In this document: positions 41,729-49,582 of the stretch, one piece after another | Position numbering within the stretch: the first letter of the stretch is position 1 | Layout of the letters: each line of letters opens with the position of its first letter | Assembly (NCBI GenBank): GCA_002256025.1 | Contig: NKIB01013951.1 | Location: 1-49,582, forward strand | Direction: 5' to 3' | Length of the DNA stretch: 49,582 nt | From: Asterionella formosa | Taxonomy: Eukaryota | The notes under the pieces: model-generated | What the model was told of the DNA's origin: nothing | Database searches by the model: none | What the model saw: only the letters and a program-made list of their open reading frames with translations | Position numbers and translations under genes: made by a program

Positions 41729-44700
41729 TGTCAGAATTGGATATTTGGTTTTGAATCAAATATACCGCCATCATTACCTGTACCACCATCACTTCCAGTC
41801 TATAATATATAGCTCACAATTTCTAATAAATACTTTAGGAATTAGTCGTCATTACAAACCTTCCGCTTCTACAAGTTAGAACAACCTCAAGAGTCTACTT
41901 CATCCAGCCTCATTGCAAGAGCTGTTGACAGTAATATTCATCTATAACAAGTGGTTATGAGCCTAACATTATAAGAAAATAAATAAAGCTTCCATTAGAT
42001 TACAAGATCAATGACCATGTCTAATCCAGTAAATCTTCCAAACGTTCCCCCACAGAGAGGAGGTATTCATACCACATATGGCATCTTCATTGGAGGTGCT
42101 CAACTTGATGACACTTACCACCTTCTACCAAACCGAAGCACTTATAGATTCTCAATGCAACATTGTCAAGAAAAAACGATTGCTTCCATTGAACAGAAGC
42201 TCAGAGATGCACGCGATTCTGTAACCACTGTCAAGTTCAATGGACAACTTGAAGCAACTGCTGGACTGTCTACTGAGATAGGAAAAGGAAAATTCATCAG
42301 TATGTTGAAAGAAAAGGTGAAAGAGCATGCCCAACAAACCTTCTATGCATTCAAGGACAATGATGGAACAGTCGTTGACCTATTCAAACACTCTCATCCT
42401 TAAAATTTGTCACTGTTGTGGATGAGTTTGCTCGTCGCGCAGATACAACCAATATTGACTTCCAAGCCTTTGATCAGTATGAGTTAGAACATGTTGAATT
42501 GTCACACATGCTCGTGTTTTCTCAAGGAATTACCTTGACCTTGTTCTGTGAGAAAATGGAAATCAGATTTGACCATCGAGTCGATTTTGAGTACCTCTCC
42601 GGTGCTTTTCTATTCATGATGGCCTTAGAAACCTGCAATGCATCCATCTCCCATGATGTCGAAGGGGCACGCAACCAACTTGATGGCCTCACTCTTGACT
42701 CCTATCCGGGTGAAAATGTGACGGATTTTACCACTGAAGCACATCGTCTTATCAAAATCATGCAAGGTGACTACGCATTGCCTGTCAATACTGGTTCCAA
42801 ATTGATTCAGAAGGTCACAAAAACTTCGTGTGAGTACTTCAATCGTAAAATGTACACCCTCCTTGATGAAGTCAAAACACTTGAGCATGAGTACAACCTG
42901 TCCGATCCTAAGACACTCACCAAGGACCCCAAAAAAAGTTTGGCCCACTGGGAGTCATTGCAATTTTGCAAGCAGCTCATGGAGCTCTTCTATCTGAACT
43001 TGATTGGCCTGCTCTGGCAACCAAACTCCCAGAAGCCAATCTCTCGATGAACACCAGTGCAAACACCCGCACTTGCTATCGCTGTGGAAGTGGTGATCAT
43101 CTCTCTCGCGACTGTCCCCAACCTCCTGCTTGCATATCCAACACTTGTAAACATTCTGCTGCTCTGGCTGATTGGAAATACATCAAGCCAGATAACCTTA
43201 CTACAACCAAAACTGATGACCTTGGACGAGTTTGGAAATTCTGCACAAAGTAAAAGTATCGGGCCTCCAACAAGATTGGATTTTATCAGCTTAGTCACTT
43301 GGACTTGGCTCACCTTGATAACTATCGTGCCGGTCAGCGAGCTGCCACAACCAAACAACCTGCCAGCTCCCTTTTGGACACCACCAATGGTCCCACATCG
43401 CACAAAACTGCTCCACTCCACCAGACACTCCACAGAGTAATATTTCAGCAGTTGCCAACCCTAACCCCATTCCTGCCGGTCCTCCTGATATCACTACCCC
43501 TACTCCTTCCACAACTACCACTGAACCACTGGACGATATGACCTTTACTAGGGCATGGTGTGCTCCTGTTATCCATCCACTTGATGTCGACCTGTCAGTT
43601 TGCGGATACACTCCTACTCCAGCTAGTACCTTCAGTGAGAGCGAAACAAACGTGAACACTTCTGTCATTGAGAGGGAGAATAAAAATAACATGATTGTGT
43701 GTGAGACACATACAAATCTGGAGTGCAACAACAACAATGACATTGCTGGGGAGGACCTGAAACTGCCAAGTGACTCGATCCAGTCAACATACCTTATCAT
43801 GAAAATCCTATTTTGGTTTAGTGCAATATTCTGGGATACAGTGGCATACTTTATCCTTTCTTCCCCATCTGATAATCCTGCGTGCACACTGCGCCGATTC
43901 AAACAGAAGAATATTCCTGTACCTTTCATTTTTGCACCAGCGTCATGGATGCTATTGACACATTCCATTCTACTTTTGCCTGGGATATTTTATGGTCACA
44001 AGAATCTTCCAACCTTCCACACTGTCAAGGATCTTGTCAACACTCAATCGGCTGCTATGTATGACAGAATCACACAACTTGAAATGATGATTGACCTTGA
44101 TTGGACGGCTCTTTGGAACTTCAACCACATAAAATGGAAAAGTATTCACAATGATCTCAACCCATGTGTTCTTGAATCCACATCTGTGAAAGCCTCAACA
44201 CCCAAGACACCATATGATCCATTTCACTTTCACGACCTCTGTGCTACCCGCCACTGTGTTGACTGCATACATGACTCAAATGCAACTGTGTTAGCAAATA
44301 CCAAGGAGGATCCAACATGCAACCAATCAACAACTCAAGTTATGGATGTTCTTACCGATATCGATATCTTAGCACATGACCCGTACTCTTTGTTCACAAT
44401 GGCAAACACAACGTCCGCAGTAATCTTCGATACAGGAGCATCATTGGGAATTACACATGACATACAAGACTTTGATGGGCCACTTACGATTCCAGACTGT
44501 GATCTTCGACTTGGGGGTATGGCCAACGGATTGAAAATAGAGGGAGTTGGACCAGTTACATGGACATTCAGCAACAAAGGCGGCACAGAAGTGCAGATTC
44601 GCAACCAATGATACTATGTCCCTCAATCCAAAATGAGACTGATTAGTCCACAACGTCTGTTCAATAAAGAAAAAGGAGTAAGTGGATGGTACAAGGGTGA

Positions 44701-47700
44701 TGAAAGAATCATTCAGGCTTCAATTCGATGTGTGTCCTTGTCTGATTGCTTGTTGAGTATGAACCCAGAAATCACCTCCCAATTGGGCAAGCCAGGATTG
44801 GATCGGGACTGTTCTGCAGGTGAACTTTGCCTTAACCAACGAGGGTAATCAAAACATTAGTTCTGGTCAAAAACTTCTTTTAAACTGGCATTTTCGTTTT
44901 GGACACTTAAAATTACCAGCAGTTCAACGAATACTGCGTGCATTCCCATTCACCGCCAATCGATTCGCCTCAGCATCCAAATGCAATGCATTTGACCTAA
45001 AATGCGAGATCTGTCAATACTCTAAAGGACACCGTCGTCCAACACATTCTTCCACAATCATCGCAAATCCTGAACGAACTGGCGCACTGAAGGCTGAAAA
45101 TCTTGGACCTGGTGTTAGAGTTTCCGTTGATCACTTCGAATCTCGTCTTTTAGGACGCACCTTTGACTCCTTTGGAAAACCATCAGCAGACACCTACAAA
45201 GGGGGCTGCATATTTGTGGATCATGGCACCGGATACATTCAGGTGGAGCACCAATTGGGATTCTCTGCTGTTGAAACCATCAGAGCAAAACAAAACTATG
45301 AGCAACAGGCAATGGACAATGGTGTCATTTTACAATCCTACCTCACTGACAGTGGAGCATTCAAGGCAAACTCTTTTGTTCAACACATTCGAGAACATAC
45401 TCAGCGTCTTCAATACTGTGGAACAAATGCACACCATCAAAATGGTGTAGCAGAATGGGCTATTAGAACAGTATCTGACATGGCACGCTCAATGATTCTC
45501 CATGCTTCCAGTCATTGGAAAGGAGGGATCGACAGCACACTTTGGCCTATGGCAGTTACTTACGCTGTGCACCTTTACAACAATCATACACCAAATAATC
45601 AATTCCTTTGCCCAGCTGATCTCTACCCTGGAAGCACAATTCCCAGACATCGACTGTGAGATCTTCACACTTGGGGGTGTCCAGTGTATGCTCTTGACCC
45701 AACTCTTCAGTCTGGGAAGAAATTGCCTAGGTGGCAACCACAATCACGACGATTTGTGTTCCTTGGATTGAGATCCATTCACTCCAGCGAAGTCCCCGTC
45801 TGCCAATAAAAACCATCATAATTCCATGATGCATCATGGGATTATGATCATCTGATCATAATTTTTCGTTATATCATCTAATAATTTTGATAAATGCCCT
45901 CGTAATTTATATAGTAACCCTTTTGACTATGGAAATTTGATTATTATATGTATTGTTTCTTTTAGTTTCCTTTATTTAAATTTCTTGGTAGGATGATGTA
46001 CCAGTTAGAGTAATGTGGTTTGGCTCATCAGCCCCTTGGTCCTTAATTTGCAAACTGGGAGTATTACCACTCAATATCATGTGGTTTTTGACGACGGTTT
46101 CTCCATGGTGGCGTCAATTGGAAAAGATGAAGACCCTCCTGAATACTGGGACGATTTGTGTCTGGAAAATACAACCTACATACCGAACGATTCAAACACT
46201 GAAACACCAATGCATCTTCAAGACGACTGGCTCACTTCAGATGAACAAGCACAAAAGCGGAGGGAGCTGCATCGACAACAGTGGATTCGTACCACATTTT
46301 CCCCCACACACTCCATTACGGCAGCTTCACCACCTGAAGGACCATCAACACCAGCAGAACAAAATATCGGCATGTTAGAGGGAGCATCTGCTCCAATACC
46401 TCCTCCTAAAACACCTGTTCCACTCAGCACTGATAGTGCCCTCACAAAACACATACCAGATTCTATTGCAATTAATCCTATTGCAAGTTCACCCCACTCT
46501 TCACCACCAGTGCCAGCAGTTCGACGATCTGAAAGAACAAATAAGGGTCAGTATAATCGTACAAAATATATTGACGAAGTATATTTGACCATGCTGGATC
46601 AAACCAAGCATGACAATTTCAACAAGAAGCAACTGGCATATTCAGCAGAATTACTTACCTGTTTTGACACAGGTGTTCACAACAATACTGACCCTAAACA
46701 CGCCGCAAAGATGACCCTGATTCTCTAACGTTTCATCAGGCTATTCATGGCAAAAATTGAGAAGAGTACATTAAAGCCATGCAAATAGAGATTGCAACAC
46801 TCATTCTTCAATGTACCTGGGAATCTGTGCCAAGAACTGCAAACCTCAATGTATTAAAAGGTACATGGGTATTCAAACTGAAACGGCTCCCAGACGGCAC
46901 ACCTTATCGCTTCAAAGCACGCTATTGTGCAAGGGGAGATCTCCAAAAGGAGGGCATTGACTTCTTCGAGACCTATTCACCTGATGTTCTTTGGTCTACC
47001 ATCCGCTTGCTATTATTAACTGTTCTCACTGAGGGCTAGTCAACCGTCAAATCGACTACACCAACGCATTTGCTCAAGCCGATCTCAAAGAAGAAGTATA
47101 TCTGGAATACCCTCGCATGTTTGGACCCAAGTCCGGCACCAATAAAGTGTTGCGACTGGTAACAAGGCTATATGAACTTCGTCAAGCTCCTCGCACCTTC
47201 TTTGAGAAGATTCGGGAGGGAATTTTGGAACGTGGGTACACTCAATCTCAAATTGATCCATGCTTGTTCATGAAACAAGGAATTATTTGTGTCTGCTATG
47301 TCGATGACACCATATTTGCTGGAGCGGAATCATTTGTTCTTGAAGCTGAAATCCAAAGCCTTGGCGTCCATGAAAAGTAACAGAGTCAAACTTTTGCACT
47401 TAGAAATGAAGGGGAAGTTGGTGCCTTTCTTGGAATTCAAATTTTAAATACTGGACTGCAGGAATATAATCTCACTCAAACCGGACTAATTGACAAAGTC
47501 CTTGCAGCAACTGGCATGTCTGATTGTAATGGAGTGGATACACCATCGACTACTACTCCATCAGGAATCGATTTCGATGGAGATCCGTTCACTGAAACCT
47601 GGCAATACAATTCAATCATTGGCATGCTGATGTTCCTGTCTGCGAATACCCGCCCAGATATTGCTTATGCTGTTCATCAAGCCGCTAGATTCTCCCATGC

Positions 47701-48357
47701 CCCACGTCATTCTCACACTATTGCCGGTTGCCGCATTCTTCGCTATTTGCAGCAAACAAAAACCATGGGGCTTCTGTTGAAGCCAACAAATACACAAAGG
47801 GTGGATTGTTATGTCGATGCCGATTTTGCAGGTCTTTTTGCTGTTGAAAATAATCAAGATCCCATTTCAGTCAAGTCCCGCACTGGCTATGTTGTGCTGT
47901 ACAAAGGGAGCCCTCTCCTCTGGGTATCCAAGGTGCAGACTCAGATTGTTGCCTTGAGTACCATGGAGGCCGAATATGTGGCTCTTTCTCAGGCGATGCG
48001 CGACCTCATTCCAATTCGTGAAATACTCAAAGAATTTATGGCCGTTGTATTCGAAATTCAACCAAGTATTGCATATCATGCGCATTTCAAATCGTTCACA
48101 GATGTTGCGGAGGGTACTGTTCCTTATCATGCCATCGATCAATCAATTCTCTATGAGGATAACCATTCTTGTCTAAAATTTGCATGCATGGCACAACTAT
48201 CTCCTCACACCAAACACATCGGCATTCCATATCACTGGCTTCGCACGAATTGTCAACCTTGATATCCATATCGAACCTATTAACACCAAAGACCAGCTTG
48301 CCGATCAGTTCACCAAAGGTCTTTGCACTGTCAAATTTCAGGCTGCTTGGCTGCTTC
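41729..48357 (+). mobile_element. Near full-length but inactivated Ty1/Copia (CoDi-like) retrotransposon, 3' LTR missing
   Basis: LTR-like sequence ends ...ATAACA at 41949, then PBS-like GGTTATGAGCC 41953-41963. gag from 42011; CCHC CYRCGSGDHLSRDC; protease VIFDTGAS; integrase WHFRFGH..CEIC, VSVDH, TDSGAF, HHQNGVAE; RT YVDD; RNase H YVDADFAG, QLADQFTKGL. Many stops and frameshifts. The 5' boundary is approximate. Confidence 0.93.
45798..46031. mobile_element. 234-bp AT-rich insertion in the Copia integrase region, flanked by a CCCC duplication
   Basis: Removing 45798-46035 restores GAA GTC CCC TTG GTC CTT AAT (SEVP-LVLNL). CCCC occurs at 45794-45797 and 46032-46035. Confidence 0.8.
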
Positions 48358-48414
48358 ATCTAAGACGCCATTTACGGCAGGCACTTTTTCGAATTTATGT
48401 CTAAAGTGATGTAT

Positions 48415-48495
48415 TTATGCTACTTTTTTAAAATATTATGTTACTTTTCTAAAATATTATGTTACCTTTTTTGAAATATTATGTTACTTTTTCCC
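48415..48495. repeat. Four tandem 21-23 bp units (TTATGTTACTTTT..AAATA)
   Basis: Directly visible. Confidence 0.85.
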
Positions 48496-48886
48496 TAATT
48501 TATTCGGGTTAAACAAAAATTTATTTCCTTAATCGAATAATTATGTGTGTTCGTGACAATATATGTTGACCAACTAGCCATCGCGACAGTAAAAAAGCGA
48601 AATTATGCTGCTCCGCCACAATATTATGCTGCTTTCACCATATAATGAACGAAAGAGTCGCCAATTCCGATTCACTATTATTTTTTCCGCTCCGACATAT
48701 TTCTTTGATCTGAACTGGCAAAGAATAACACATGCAAGAGGAAGATTCACACAGTAGAATTCAGCACACGTAGTAGTGGTTGATGTTGTAGACACATTGT
48801 TTAGTCATTGTTGATTGTAGAGATTACAATAGCCTGCCAGATTAGAAATAAAGCACCGTTGGTACTTGTTGAGCATCGTTGAGCAT

Positions 48887-49432
48887 TGCATGTCTCCGTA
48901 GTGAGTCGAAATTGAGATGTGCCACAATGGCCTTCTCTGTTTCAGAGCAGTTACAATAGTCTACAGCGATAACTCTAACAAGTACAACATAGAAAAATAA
49001 TTAAAGGATGAGTAGCTGCCTGTCAACGATTGACTTTGTAAATTCGTTAAGAAACAGCTGTTGCATATTACAACATTCAATGCGTGTCGCTGTAGTGAGT
49101 AAAAATTGAGATGTGCCGCAATGGCCTTCTCCTATTCGGAGCATCTACAAAAAGTCTACAGCGATAACTCTAGCAAGTACAATATAGAAAAGAAAGCAAA
49201 GGATGAGTAGCTGTCAACGATTGAATTCGTAAATTCGTTTAGAAACAGCTGTTGCATATTTTAACATTTAATGCATGTTGCCGTATTGCTTCGAAATTGA
49301 GATTTGCCGCAATGGCATCCTTCTTTTTGGAGCAGCTACAAATACTCGAAAGAGCGATAACTCTAGCAAGTACAATATAGAAAAAGAAGGAAAGAATGAG
49401 TTGCTGTCAACAATTGAATTAGTAAATCAGTA
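48887..49432. repeat. About three tandem diverged ~192-bp units
   Basis: Units start at 48887, 49081 and 49272; shared AAATTGAGAT.TGCC.CAATGGC...AGCGATAACTCTA.CAAGTACAA.ATAGAAAA...CTGTCAAC.ATTGA. Confidence 0.92.
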
Positions 49433-49582
49433 ATATTAGTAATAATTTTGGTTCCTAGTTCATTTGCCCTTTGACAATAGTCAATTCGTCAAAATTGAAA
49501 TTCATTTTCACTGAACTGGAGTGAAGTTCAATTGTCTTGCAACTTCTTTCATTGACCGTTTGAAATACTCATATTCACTCCT

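Noticed and set aside
45960..46035. CTGATGAG on the - strand at the end of the insertion, as a hammerhead
   Set aside because: No complementary stem II followed by GAAA.
48415..49432. CRISPR-like array
   Set aside because: Units are contiguous tandem repeats without unique spacers; no cas genes; eukaryotic context.

Overview
Eukaryotic nuclear DNA, most likely a diatom. The basis is compact genes, 72-98 nt GT-AG introns, signal peptide + 'xAF' plastid-targeting motifs, and diatom-type Copia/Gypsy elements. It holds 16 host genes: PPR protein, SGF29-like Tudor protein, a mitochondrial hypothetical, DUF268, amidohydrolase, SWEET, DUF3752, syntaxin-18-like, PAF-acetylhydrolase-like, NOC2, HDAC, AMT, prefoldin 6, AlkB-like, Whirly-like and a plastid hypothetical. 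These are interleaved with decayed transposon blocks (Copia, Gypsy, Harbinger) and two N gaps. Three signals are not explained by the genes. (1) Gene-upstream DNA is packed with chained TA-CC(N)GG-TA units that look like accumulated excision footprints of TA-targeting DNA transposons; two copies of one LTR differ by exactly these units at four sites. (2) A ~340 nt island of consecutive hairpins lies at 8532-8870. (3) A ~170 nt tRNA-headed, Pol III-type structured RNA/SINE candidate lies at 24642-24810. All assignments are by motif recognition; no searches were run.
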